This document shows, piece after piece, positions 20,352-30,127 of a DNA stretch of 64,000 nt. Numbering within the stretch: the stretch's first letter is position 1; every line of letters begins with the position of its first letter. The notes beneath the pieces are model-generated. The model searched no databases. It saw nothing but the letters and a program-made list of their open reading frames with translations, and was not told the DNA's origin. Source of the DNA: Candidatus Aegiribacteria sp. (GTDB lineage Bacteria; Fermentibacterota; Fermentibacteria; Fermentibacterales; JCC-6); contig JAUXIK010000006.1 of the NCBI GenBank assembly GCA_030620995.1, forward strand, positions 137-64,136. Reading direction: 5' to 3'. The position numbers and the translations under genes were made by a program.

Positions 20352-20415
20352 GGGGTCGGACGCCACTTACGGCACTTGCAAATAACTACAAGTGCCGCAA
20401 GTGGCGTCCGACCCC
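20352..20415. repeat. long palindromic hairpin H1 (27-bp arms, one A-C mismatch, 10-nt loop)
   Basis: ggggtcggacgccacttacggcacttg (20352-20378) pairs with caagtgccgcaagtggcgtccgacccc (20389-20415). It lies 3 nt beyond the 3' end of tRNA-Ser. Confidence 0.85.
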
Positions 20416-20418
20416 TTC

Positions 20419-20504
20419 TGGCGGAGGACCGGGGACTCGAACCCCGAAGGGATTAAACCCGGCGGATTTCAAATCCGCTGCCTTACCAATTAGACTAGTC
20501 CTCC
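20419..20504 (-). tRNA. tRNA-Ser (anticodon UGA), CCA encoded
   Basis: Hand-folded cloverleaf. Acceptor GGAGGAC/GTCCTCC, T-arm CGGGG-TTCGAGT-CCCCG, anticodon arm GCGGA-TTTGAAA-TCCGC, long variable arm. 86 nt. Confidence 0.9.
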
Positions 20505-20571
20505 ACAAGCCTGAAATTTACGTTATCATAGTGCCATGGTCAAATATCATAAATCGAGAGGAGATGGAACA

Positions 20572-21120
20572 TTGCTTGAGATGGAGCTCAAGTTCAAATT
20601 AGAGGATTTCTCGGATATCGAGAAGCGACTGGATGAACTGGGTATTCATATAGGAGATCCGGTTGAAGAAGAAAATCTGATACTGGATCTTATGGGCGGA
20701 CCTCTCAGGGAAAGGGATGTGCTTCTCCGTTTGCGAAACGCAGAGAAAGGAACTCTCCTGACAGTCAAGAAACCTATTCCAGCCACTGCTCTGAAAGTAA
20801 GGCTGGAAAAAGAAGCGATACTCGATTGCTCCCCGAAGGATGCTCTGGAGCTTCTGAGCCTTCTGGGATATGGCGTAGTGTACAGATATGACAAGATTAG
20901 AAGAGAGTGCAGGCTTGGAGAAGCTCAAATATGTCTGGATGAACTCTGGTTTGGCCGCTTCGTTGAAATAGAGGCTCATTCAGAGGATGATGTGATGAAC
21001 GCTGTTGAAAAGCTGGGACTTATTCCAGAAGAGGGAATACGGTTCAGTTATGCCGCGCTTGAGAAGGACGCAGAGCAGCAGCGGAATTCAGAAAGCAAAC
21101 TCGGAGCCGTTACGGGATAA
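20572..21120 (+). CDS. CYTH-domain protein (class IV adenylate cyclase / triphosphatase family)
   Basis: The ExExK signature is read as 'L-E-M-E-L-K'. That requires a start upstream of the ATG at 20581. TTG 20572 lies 7 nt after AGGAGA, and ATG 20536 is also possible. Confidence 0.65.
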   Translation: MLEMELKFKLEDFSDIEKRLDELGIHIGDPVEEENLILDLMGGPLRERDVLLRLRNAEKGTLLTVKKPIPATALKVRLEKEAILDCSPKDALELLSLLGYGVVYRYDKIRRECRLGEAQICLDELWFGRFVEIEAHSEDDVMNAVEKLGLIPEEGIRFSYAALEKDAEQQRNSESKLGAVTG

Positions 21121-21222
21121 CCTTGACAAAAAGCGGTTTATGCGCCATTTATCGACACTGTTTCCATTCGCAAAAATATCAACACTTAGCTAATTTGAAA
21201 ATATTATAGAGGGAGTAATCAG

Positions 21223-21786
21223 ATGAACGATCATACTACAGCCGAAAGAAGACTGAAGACAGACATTCACTACAAGAACTCGCTTCGCAGAGATCTTGTT
21301 GACAGTTTTCGCCAGATGCACGTCTGGCAGGAAAAGCTCAACGGTATTCAGAACAAACGCAAGGAGAAGAAGCTTGTCCGGACAGTTCAACGCTATCAGG
21401 ATTTCATCGATGATATGCGGTCATTTCTTTCCCCGCTGCTTGATGAAATTGAAGAGGCTATCAAGGAGGAGATGAGTTTCAGCGAGGATGAGATAAAGGA
21501 ATTCAAGAAGGAAGTAAAAGAGGAGATAGAACTGGCGTCAGAAGCAAGAACGGCCTACCAGAAAGCCAAAGAAGCTACAGAAAATGCTGAAGGAAAAAAG
21601 CTGGAAAAAGAAGAACTTGTCCAGCTGCGAGACGTTTACAGCAAAGCCTGGAGAGCTTTCCGTCTTGAGAAGCATAAGCTTGAGGAAGCCGAGCAGGAAC
21701 TGAAGAGTGAAAAAGTCGACAGGAAAATCTTCGCCAGAGAACTCAAGAGAATACATGTGGAGCGGCATTTCATAAAGGAAATGTAG
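21223..21786 (+). CDS. K/E-rich coiled-coil hypothetical protein
   Basis: RBS GAGGGAG. Heptad-like charged sequence. No recognisable domain. Confidence 0.5.
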   Translation: MNDHTTAERRLKTDIHYKNSLRRDLVDSFRQMHVWQEKLNGIQNKRKEKKLVRTVQRYQDFIDDMRSFLSPLLDEIEEAIKEEMSFSEDEIKEFKKEVKEEIELASEARTAYQKAKEATENAEGKKLEKEELVQLRDVYSKAWRAFRLEKHKLEEAEQELKSEKVDRKIFARELKRIHVERHFIKEM

Positions 21787-21791
21787 GCTTC

Positions 21792-22664
21792 ATGGAAATA
21801 TTTCCACGTAGACAGATTGAATTCAGACTCTTTCTTACCGCCCTGGTCTGCATATTGTTCAGCCTTCCATTCATTATTACAGGCAAAGCTTTGATCGTCA
21901 TTCCATTCGTATTTGCCGGTGGCTGGCTGTACTACTTTGTTTTTTACTATCCGAAATATCTGAAAAGAAGAAAAATCTCGAAAAATCCTCTTACAGATGA
22001 AGACAGAAAGATACTATTGGAATGGGTATCGTTCTACTCATCTCTTTCAAATGAAGATAAACACATTTATGAATCGGATATAGCAATATTCCTGTCTGAA
22101 CATACAATTTCGGGTGTGGATGATGTGGAGATTACGAGGAAGATTGAACTGCTTGTAGCGGCAACCGCCATACGTCTAATCTTTAAAAGACCGGAATGGG
22201 AGTACCGTGATTTTGGTGAAATCCTTATCTACCCCGGAGGTTTCAGGGCGGACGGGTCATATTCCACTGATTTAAGAGGATCAGATACTGTCGCTACCGG
22301 GCTTGTGCATTCCGCAGGTAGCGTAATACTCTCACTCCCGCATCTTCTACGCGGATTTCAGCATGACAATGACGGATACAATGTAGGATACCATGAGTTC
22401 GCTCATATTCTGGACGGTTATCACCCGGATGGAGTTCCCAGCGAACTGTCACTGGGAGCTTATCGTCCATGGGTGGAGGTCATGCAGGCGGAGTTTGAAA
22501 AGGTTCATTCCGGAAGATCGATACTTCGCCAGTACGCGGGTACCAATCCTGCTGAATTTTTCGCCTGTTCAGTTGAAGCTTTCTTTGAAAAACCACTTGA
22601 AATGAAAAAGAGAGCTCCTGAACTTTATAAGCAGCTTGCGGAATTTTTCAATCAGAATCCCTGA
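21792..22664 (+). CDS. membrane-anchored MtfA-like (peptidase M90) zinc-dependent protein
   Basis: Two N-terminal TM segments. 'GYHEFAHILD' and 'NPAEFFACSVEAFFEKP' are typical of the MtfA/M90 family. Confidence 0.65.
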   Translation: MEIFPRRQIEFRLFLTALVCILFSLPFIITGKALIVIPFVFAGGWLYYFVFYYPKYLKRRKISKNPLTDEDRKILLEWVSFYSSLSNEDKHIYESDIAIFLSEHTISGVDDVEITRKIELLVAATAIRLIFKRPEWEYRDFGEILIYPGGFRADGSYSTDLRGSDTVATGLVHSAGSVILSLPHLLRGFQHDNDGYNVGYHEFAHILDGYHPDGVPSELSLGAYRPWVEVMQAEFEKVHSGRSILRQYAGTNPAEFFACSVEAFFEKPLEMKKRAPELYKQLAEFFNQNP

Positions 22665-22792
22665 TCGTGAATCTGGCCTGAAATCTAATTCAACGTCAAT
22701 GTCTTAAGATTCCCTTTTTTCTCATATGCTCTTGTTTCAGTAGCATTTTCAGTGAATATTGTATAAAGAACTACAGAAGAATGGAAATCTGA

Positions 22793-23704
22793 ATGAGAAT
22801 TCTTATCGCAGATGATGATCCGGTCATCAGAAAAATCATATCCAAACTGGTTTCAGATATGGGGCATGAACCTGTTACCGTCAACGACGGTAACTCAGCG
22901 ATTGAACAGATCAAGCAGCATGGGTATCCTGTTGTAGTACTTGACTGGATGATGCCCGGTATGGATGGGATAGATGTCTGCCGTGCCATACGCGGTATTG
23001 AAAACGGGAATATCTGTTACATCATAATGAACAGTGCCCGTGAAGGATCTAATAGTATCAGTGAGGCTCTGAAGGCTGGAGCGAATGATTATATCACCAA
23101 GACGACCGATTCAATTGAACTGAGAGCCAGGATAGGAGTTGGAATAAGAACCGCGCAGCTCGAGATAGAATTAGTCGAGTTGAATCGAAGGCTTATATAT
23201 CTTGTAAGAACTGACGGTCTTACCGGACTTCTTAATCATGCCGCGATTTTAAAAGAACTCGATATGGAACTTGATCGTGGAAGGAGAGATGGCTCATCGA
23301 CAAGCGTACTCATGCTGGACCTGGACAAATTCAAGGCGGTTAATGATACATACGGCCATCAGGCAGGAGATAAGGTATTAATCAATTTCTCCGAAAAGCT
23401 TATCGAGAAATGCAGATCATTTGACAGAATAGGGCGTTACGGTGGTGAGGAATTTCTTATTGTACTTCCCAGAACTAACAATAATGAAGCAATTCTAATT
23501 GCAGAGCGCATTCGATTTGAAATAGCGGAAATGAATCTGAATAAGATTATTCAGGGACTCAAAATTACTTGCAGCATCGGAACCTGTACAGCAGCTCTTT
23601 CAGTGCAACACTCCTCGGCGCTTGTATCTGCTGCTGATGCGTCTCTTTACAGAGCAAAGGAAGCAGGACGAAACTGCGTGATATCCTGTACCCGAAAGCA
23701 ATAA
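22793..23704 (+). CDS. response regulator receiver + GGDEF diguanylate cyclase
   Basis: REC domain 'ILIADDD...VVLDWMMPGMDG'. Active 'GGEEF' with an RxxD I-site ('RSFD') 5 residues upstream. Confidence 0.85.
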   Translation: MRILIADDDPVIRKIISKLVSDMGHEPVTVNDGNSAIEQIKQHGYPVVVLDWMMPGMDGIDVCRAIRGIENGNICYIIMNSAREGSNSISEALKAGANDYITKTTDSIELRARIGVGIRTAQLEIELVELNRRLIYLVRTDGLTGLLNHAAILKELDMELDRGRRDGSSTSVLMLDLDKFKAVNDTYGHQAGDKVLINFSEKLIEKCRSFDRIGRYGGEEFLIVLPRTNNNEAILIAERIRFEIAEMNLNKIIQGLKITCSIGTCTAALSVQHSSALVSAADASLYRAKEAGRNCVISCTRKQ

Positions 23705-23725
23705 TAACCGGCGAAGCGGTTGCTG

Positions 23726-24331
23726 TCATACAGCGGATTTGCCGGATGAGCCCGGTGTTGTAATAGGAATCCCTCTGTTGCAAAGAGGACACTCATCCTG
23801 AGGCCAACTCTCAGCTTTAACAGACAGAAGTGCTTTATATGGTACTCCGATATTCATGGTTCCTGCTGTTCTATCCACAATAAGCCCGACTTGAACAACC
23901 CTGGCATTGAGTGCTTCCAGCGCGCTTATTGATTCAATGATACTTCCACCGGTGGTAGACACATCCTCGACAAGCAGTATCCTGCTGCCTGCAACGAGAT
24001 TTCTGAAACCTGATCGAACAGACATATTTCCGTCATTGTTTCTCTGAAGAAAAGCGAAGTTTTTCCCCATATGCAGTGCTGTGGAAAATCCGAAGACTAT
24101 TGCGCCATATGCAGGAGCACAAACTACGTCTATCTCATTTTTCAGAGTATCCATTTGTATGGCCATCATTCTGCCTAGTTCATCGACGAAGCGTGGTTCG
24201 AGAATTATGCGGATTTTCTCGAAGTATTCGCTGCCATGACGACCGGATGTATACCTGAAATGTCCTTCCAATAATGCGTTGCATGACCTGAGAATCTCAA
24301 GTACTCTGCTTTCACTCAATCTATTCTCCAA
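23726..24331 (-). CDS. pyrE: orotate phosphoribosyltransferase
   Basis: 'LLEGHFRYTSGRHGSEY' and PRPP loop 'ILLVEDVSTTGGS'. Confidence 0.85.
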   Translation of the reverse strand: MENRLSESRVLEILRSCNALLEGHFRYTSGRHGSEYFEKIRIILEPRFVDELGRMMAIQMDTLKNEIDVVCAPAYGAIVFGFSTALHMGKNFAFLQRNNDGNMSVRSGFRNLVAGSRILLVEDVSTTGGSIIESISALEALNARVVQVGLIVDRTAGTMNIGVPYKALLSVKAESWPQDECPLCNRGIPITTPGSSGKSAV

Positions 24332-24359
24332 TTCATGGTTAAATACTGTTTATCGTTTA

Positions 24360-25616
24360 TCAGTGCGAGAAATTAAAGGGATAAACTACCGGAAGTGGAC
24401 CTTCATCCGCATCCACTGCGCCGAATCTCCATGTTCCCACAGCTGCAGCAAGTTCGAGATCGAAAGCAGGATTGTATGTTGTCGATTCAAGGATCGAGAC
24501 GTCTGAAACTCTACCGCTGGGTTGCACTATCATTTCGATCAGCACAGTTCCTGCAAGGATAGGATCAGCACGAAGATGCTTGTTATAAATGAATGCAAGA
24601 GAACTCGATTTTGAGGTAAGAACTTCCATGATTTCTGTTGAAGTTCTTGAACTGTATGTTGAACCGGGCGCTGTCTGAAGAATATTATCATTTCCCAGAT
24701 TGATGTCGGAGAAAACCATTCGAGCCTGACTTTCAGAAGTTGTCTCAATTGTCTGGTTGGTATTCTCGAATAGTGTTGGATTTCTTTCAATTTCCTGGTC
24801 ACCGCTGGACCCCGTCTGTGATGAAGGCCCTGAGGTGAGAGGACCGATGTTTCCTAGGGAGGTCATTTGAATACCACCCTGGAGGAGTTCAGTCAGCTGA
24901 TCCGTGTTTATGGATCCGACAATCTCGGCAGAGCTTGCGTTTGTTGTTTCTACAGCTATTAATTGCCCGGAATCTTCCTGAAGATCTGAAGACCCATTTT
25001 CCATTTCTTCAGTTACGTTGGGAATCAAATCAGGGTGAGATTCGATTGCCGTTGTGTCCAGGAAGGCAACTTCTGTTTCAGAAGTAATCAGGGTCATATC
25101 ATAGATTATTGTATGAAGCTGTCCGGGAAGCGTTTCACAGGACAGTACGTCCGAATTGTAACCTTCCGCAAGAATAGCGAAAGAGTAAGTCTGACCTCCA
25201 ATAAGGTTGTCCTGGATGTATGGAGCAGTTCCAACATAATTACCATTCATAAACACGAGAGCGCCCTCCGGTTCTCCCTGGATAAGAACTGTAGCCAGGC
25301 TTTCCTGTCTTACCTGATCAAGCAATTGTCTGAGGGCTGGATTTTCCCAGGGACCAAGATCGTAATATGGATCAAGAAGGAGGACATTCAGGAAAGCTGA
25401 TTCAGTTTTTTGAGGTTCACCGATTCCATAGTATGCAGCACCAAGCCTGTGGTAGGCTCGAATTTCTTCATCTAAGGAGAGATCTTCCTCTTCAAGAAGG
25501 ATCTCAAGCGCGGTAATGCTTCCGTTCATATCACCCATCAGGTAAAGTTCAATTGCCTGGTCGAGAGGAGTACTACCTGCAAGGGATATGAACAGTGTCA
25601 GTGATATATAAATCAA
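24360..25616 (-). CDS. secreted TPR / PEGA / TonB-C-like protein
   Basis: TTG start 5 nt after GGAGG. Signal peptide. PEGA-like 'PEGALVFMNGNYVGTAPY'. The C-terminus 'GTVLIEMIVQPSGRVSDVSILES...' is TonB_C-like. Confidence 0.55.
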   Translation of the reverse strand: MIYISLTLFISLAGSTPLDQAIELYLMGDMNGSITALEILLEEEDLSLDEEIRAYHRLGAAYYGIGEPQKTESAFLNVLLLDPYYDLGPWENPALRQLLDQVRQESLATVLIQGEPEGALVFMNGNYVGTAPYIQDNLIGGQTYSFAILAEGYNSDVLSCETLPGQLHTIIYDMTLITSETEVAFLDTTAIESHPDLIPNVTEEMENGSSDLQEDSGQLIAVETTNASSAEIVGSINTDQLTELLQGGIQMTSLGNIGPLTSGPSSQTGSSGDQEIERNPTLFENTNQTIETTSESQARMVFSDINLGNDNILQTAPGSTYSSRTSTEIMEVLTSKSSSLAFIYNKHLRADPILAGTVLIEMIVQPSGRVSDVSILESTTYNPAFDLELAAAVGTWRFGAVDADEGPLPVVYPFNFSH

Positions 25617-25812
25617 CGATACCTCCTATCATAAAAATGAAGCCAATTATTACCGTCGTCAACAGACCATGGAATCTGCATTTACTGCAGAATACTTCTG
25701 TCACTTGTATTGATGATCCTGGAGATATTTAGGTTACAGGGTTGACGAATCGAGGTTCAGGAACAATTATTCTCTTCTGGTGTTGATACCATATGAACCG
25801 GGGGTCTTACGA

Positions 25813-26379
25813 ATGAATCGATATTATAGAAATATCAGAAACAGCAGAATGCCTATGCTTGTTTCTGCAATTATTGCTGCAATTATTGTCGCGGGATGCT
25901 GGAATCCATTCTCTCCTGATACGGAGGAGGGCGGACAAATTCAGTACTACAGCCCTGTTGACAGCGCCTGGAAGGTTCTTAAGAATCTTGAATATGCCTA
26001 CATCAGTAAAGATGTAAATCATTACCTTGCGTGCTTCAGAGATGATTTTGAATTTCACCTTCTCGAAGTAGATTTTTATGATTACGATGGAGACGGTGTG
26101 GTTGACGAGTACTGGGGTATCGATTCTGAGGAGGAATACCACATAGCGATGTTCAATTCAGTCGCTTCGATTGAACTGACTCTCTCGGGAACCACGGAAT
26201 ACCCCTGGACAGGTGATACACTCCAGACATCGTATGCTTTACCGCGTACCTTTGATCTTAAGATCTATACTGTTGGAGTAGACGGATTCTGTGCTTCGGG
26301 ATCAGCTCTATTCGTATGCAGACAGGACTCCACAGGGGAATGGTACGTCTGGCAGTGGTGGGATCAATCAGATACCTGA
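25813..26379 (+). CDS. lipoprotein, unknown function
   Basis: In-frame ATG 25813 gives 'MNRYYRNIRNSRMPMLVSAIIAAIIVAGC', which has a lipobox. Confidence 0.55.
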   Translation: MNRYYRNIRNSRMPMLVSAIIAAIIVAGCWNPFSPDTEEGGQIQYYSPVDSAWKVLKNLEYAYISKDVNHYLACFRDDFEFHLLEVDFYDYDGDGVVDEYWGIDSEEEYHIAMFNSVASIELTLSGTTEYPWTGDTLQTSYALPRTFDLKIYTVGVDGFCASGSALFVCRQDSTGEWYVWQWWDQSDT

Positions 26380-26398
26380 TACAGCAGATACCAATTTT

Positions 26399-28273
26399 GT
26401 GAAACTGATTCTCTTAATCCTTATTGTTAGCGGTTATGTTATTGCAGACGGCCAGTCATCTGATAACAACGGAGTATGGTGGGTATATTTCACGGACAGA
26501 GGTCCGGACCTTGAGAATAGACTAGCCCTTAAGTCTGTTGAACTTATTGATTCCCCATCATTTGAAAGGCGTATCTCTGCCGGTCTTTTCGAGGCTGACG
26601 AACTGGATCTTGATCCCTGGATCGATTATGTGGAGAACGTTGCGTCACTCATGCCATCCGGCAGCGTCAGGACAGCTTCAAGATACCTGAATGCTGTGAG
26701 TGTATGTACTTCATCTGATGATATTGATAGAATAAAGAATCTGCCATCTGTTGATCGTGTCAGTCCTGTTTCCATCAGTACATTTCAACCTCCTGTCTTT
26801 TACCCGATTATGGGAACAACATCAGGATTGACCTCTTTTCAGCTTTCACAGATTCATATGGATGATCTGCATGAACGGGGCTGGACAGGACAGGGTGTAG
26901 TAATAGGCGTGCTTGATTCCGGTTTCAATTTGACACACATCGTATTCCAGCAGATAAATGTGATTCTGCAGTACGACTTCATAAACGATGACAATGACCC
27001 CTCACAGCAGTCGGAGGATCCTCCGGGACAGTCTGATCATGGGACTGCCGTACTCTCTCTCCTGGGAGGATACTGCAAAGATACCTTCAGCGGTGGAGTA
27101 CCTGATGCTTCGTTCATTCTGGCAAAAACAGAAGATATCAGTGACGAATACCAGGCTGAAGAAGATTACTGGGTTCAGGGTCTTGAATGGGTCGAGGAAA
27201 ACGGTGCTGACATGGTTTCAAATTCCCTTGGATACATCGATTGGTATACTTATGCTGATATGGATGGGAATACTGCCGTTACTACAATTGCTGCAGATGC
27301 TGCCGCATCAAGAGGTATGCCTGTTTTCAGCGCTGTTGGAAATCGTGGACCCGACTCGGGATCCCTGATCGCACCGGCTGATGGTGATTCCGTGTTTGCT
27401 GTGGGAGCTGTCGATGTCATGGGGAATGTTGCTCAGTTCTCTTCAAGAGGGCCAACTTATGATGGAAGAATAAAGCCTTCTGCATGTGCTCTTGGTGAGA
27501 ACGTAGTGCTTGCCTACCTGGGAGAAACCGAATACTCATTCAGCAACGGGACTTCTTTTGCTACACCTCTGGCCGCTTCGGCTGCCGGTGCAATTCATCA
27601 GGCTCATCCGGAATGGTCCATGATGGAAATCATTGATATTCTCGAAATCACGGCCTTGAATGCGGATTCTCCTGACAATGATACAGGTTACGGAATTCTG
27701 AACGCCTTTTCCGCCTTGAAATACCGCTCACTGACAGGATCGGTAAGACTGAGTTACTCAGGCGCATTTCTGCCTTATTATCCACTTACTATAATCATGG
27801 GTGATTCCACCTACACCATTGAAACGAATCAATCGGGCTGGTTTGCATTCTGTCCGGGAGAACTGGGTTCATTCTCCATAAACGATTGCGGGGGAGATGG
27901 CATTGTTATTCCGGTTTCCGGCACACTTGAAGAAGCAGGACTGGAGGTCCAGGTATTCGTTAATCAGACTACCGGATATGAAAGTCCATCAGTATATCCA
28001 AATCCCTCAACCGGAGATATCTATATAGGGTTTGATATGATGAACGGACCGAATGATGTGTCTATGACGGTGTATGACCTGCTTGGACAGACTGTCCACT
28101 CCTCAATAAGAAACGCTATTGGTCCCGGTTCCTTCAGGGCACCGCTTCCGGGAGAAGCTTTCTTCTGGAACGGGCTTGATGATAAAGGGGAACCTGCTGC
28201 GTCCGGGATATATATTATTCTGCTTAAAATCGGAGAAGCCACTCATTTAATCAAGTTTGCTCTTGCAAGGTAA
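26399..28273 (+). CDS. subtilisin-like S8 serine peptidase with Por/T9SS-type (FlgD-Ig-like) C-terminal domain
   Basis: Asp/His/Ser blocks 'VIGVLDSG', 'SDHGTAV' and 'SNGTSFATP'. Tail 'VYPNPSTGDIYIGF...GIYIILLKIG'. I start it at GTG 26399, which gives a signal peptide. The track ORF from 26291 overlaps the previous gene. Confidence 0.8.
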   Translation: MKLILLILIVSGYVIADGQSSDNNGVWWVYFTDRGPDLENRLALKSVELIDSPSFERRISAGLFEADELDLDPWIDYVENVASLMPSGSVRTASRYLNAVSVCTSSDDIDRIKNLPSVDRVSPVSISTFQPPVFYPIMGTTSGLTSFQLSQIHMDDLHERGWTGQGVVIGVLDSGFNLTHIVFQQINVILQYDFINDDNDPSQQSEDPPGQSDHGTAVLSLLGGYCKDTFSGGVPDASFILAKTEDISDEYQAEEDYWVQGLEWVEENGADMVSNSLGYIDWYTYADMDGNTAVTTIAADAAASRGMPVFSAVGNRGPDSGSLIAPADGDSVFAVGAVDVMGNVAQFSSRGPTYDGRIKPSACALGENVVLAYLGETEYSFSNGTSFATPLAASAAGAIHQAHPEWSMMEIIDILEITALNADSPDNDTGYGILNAFSALKYRSLTGSVRLSYSGAFLPYYPLTIIMGDSTYTIETNQSGWFAFCPGELGSFSINDCGGDGIVIPVSGTLEEAGLEVQVFVNQTTGYESPSVYPNPSTGDIYIGFDMMNGPNDVSMTVYDLLGQTVHSSIRNAIGPGSFRAPLPGEAFFWNGLDDKGEPAASGIYIILLKIGEATHLIKFALAR

Positions 28274-28402
28274 GACTGCGGAGGGTGTTTCTGCGTAATC
28301 TATTTAACTCTTATATATTACCACTGTTTGATATACAATACTAGTGCTTATATTGGAAATGCAGGCAGGAACTGATGAACAACCCTAAAGGAGAAGCAAT
28401 TA

Positions 28403-30106
28403 ATGAAAATACTTGCGTTTTTGGCTATCGTGGTTGCAGGGATCACATTCGCGCAGCCGCAATCCTTCCGGTCCATGTCTACCGGAGGAATGATACTGGA
28501 TGATCTTGACCTGTGGTATTCAGGCATGCTCTTTACCCAACCGGTACCCGACAGGCTGCTTGATCTGGATGGAATAAGGGTTTATACAGGGCTTTCGAAT
28601 CTATCTACGGGTACTGATATGATATTCGAAGAAACTGACAGCACCAGAGGTGGATTCCTTCTTGGTGGCAGCTGGTCTCCAAACGGAAAGCCTTACGGAG
28701 TAGGAATCCTGACTGAATTCATGGATGACAGGATTCTGGAAGATCTTATTCTGCCTGGTCCCGGAGGCTCTGTCCTAGTGTCCGGTCAGGGGGAAGTGGA
28801 AGGTACATGGTCGGAGTATACCGATTCTGACGGTGACGGTACTCTGGATACCAGACATACAGTCTACCAGAAAATGTCAGGAAGATCAGATTCAACGAGC
28901 ATATCTGGTGGAGTATACGGTGCATGGGCTCCAAATGAGTCTCTGAAACTGGGTCTTGGAGTTTCAATGACTCAGACGGTATCAGAGATAAACAGTGGTG
29001 ATATGAACTATTCAACCACGATATCTGATTCGAATATGGTGACCGGCGTAGAAACCTATTTCATGGATAACGATGTAAGCGGAACTGATAAAGAGACCAG
29101 CAATGGTTTACAGATATCCGCTTCCGGAAGTGGATCCATGACGGACAAATTGGATATTGGCGGAATGTTCCAGTTTTCTTCGCTCTCATCCGATATGTCG
29201 CAGGAAATCGGACAGACTGGAATAGAGGACTTCCTTCCGGGCGAAAGCGGTGTTTACGATTATTCCGTCTGGAATATGTCAGAAGAATTTACCGTTTCTA
29301 GCAGCGGTAACAGGTTTGGCGGCGGTCTGGATATGGGGTTCCAGATTGATGAGGATTGGAAACTGGAGTTTGCCGGGGCGTACTATACGATGAGTCTTAA
29401 CGGCACATCCGGAGATTATTCAAGTAATTCTGATTCAACATACATTGTGACCATCGGTTCGCTGATAGATACCACAGATGTGAGTATGACAGGTTCCGGC
29501 AATGTAAGCAGGGATATCAGCGATAACGTATTCACCGGTGGACTCAAAATCTCGGCAACCCCTGCCAAAGCTCTGACTATAAGCATGGGAACGATGTTTT
29601 CGATGTATGATAATGTAAACACCGTGCAGTATTCTTCTTCAAACACGGAAGTAGAGACTTATTCAGATGGCGATGATGAGTTCGCTGATCCGGATGATTA
29701 CGTCTCAACGAGTACCTGGTCACAGACTGAGGAAACGAGAACTACGAACAATACAACCAGGATATCCATCCCGGTTGGACTTGAATTTGGAGTACTTCCG
29801 AAAGTATCAGTCAGGCTTGGTGCAAGTCCTGGATTTGTCTGGGAGAATGAAGTGGAAACAACAAACCTGATATCTGCCTCACCGATGACAACACATACAG
29901 TATACGGTGACGGAACCGAGCTTCTGGTTGTTGAAGATCCGTGGAATACCACTGACGGAACCAGGATTGAATCGGACGATTCGTATACTGAAATCCCATT
30001 CACGTACGGTGTGGGATACTCACCGAGTGATTTTGTACAGATTGATCTCATGGGTCTCGGAAGCAGTTTTGACCAGTGGCGGCTTTCAGCCACTCTGTCT
30101 TTCTAG
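28403..30106 (+). CDS. putative outer-membrane beta-barrel protein, unknown family
   Basis: RBS AAGGAG. Signal peptide 'MKILAFLAIVVAGITFA'. S/T/G/D-rich with alternating pattern. Terminal '...LSATLSF' ends in an aromatic residue. Confidence 0.5.
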   Translation: MKILAFLAIVVAGITFAQPQSFRSMSTGGMILDDLDLWYSGMLFTQPVPDRLLDLDGIRVYTGLSNLSTGTDMIFEETDSTRGGFLLGGSWSPNGKPYGVGILTEFMDDRILEDLILPGPGGSVLVSGQGEVEGTWSEYTDSDGDGTLDTRHTVYQKMSGRSDSTSISGGVYGAWAPNESLKLGLGVSMTQTVSEINSGDMNYSTTISDSNMVTGVETYFMDNDVSGTDKETSNGLQISASGSGSMTDKLDIGGMFQFSSLSSDMSQEIGQTGIEDFLPGESGVYDYSVWNMSEEFTVSSSGNRFGGGLDMGFQIDEDWKLEFAGAYYTMSLNGTSGDYSSNSDSTYIVTIGSLIDTTDVSMTGSGNVSRDISDNVFTGGLKISATPAKALTISMGTMFSMYDNVNTVQYSSSNTEVETYSDGDDEFADPDDYVSTSTWSQTEETRTTNNTTRISIPVGLEFGVLPKVSVRLGASPGFVWENEVETTNLISASPMTTHTVYGDGTELLVVEDPWNTTDGTRIESDDSYTEIPFTYGVGYSPSDFVQIDLMGLGSSFDQWRLSATLSF

Positions 30107-30127
30107 CCTGTGAAGGAAAGGAATATC

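Noticed and set aside
20352-20415. CRISPR array made of the GC-rich palindromic repeats
   Set aside because: The copies are isolated at 20.4, 33.0 and 63.1 kb. They are not regularly spaced with spacers, and no cas genes are present.
20285-20535. tRNA-Ser as the attachment site of a genomic island
   Set aside because: There is no integrase, no direct repeat of the tRNA 3' end and no obvious foreign gene block on either side. Flanking genes look like ordinary chromosomal genes.
26291-26398. Upstream extension of the S8 protease ORF
   Set aside because: It overlaps the 3' end of the preceding lipoprotein gene and encodes no signal peptide. GTG 26399 yields a proper signal sequence.
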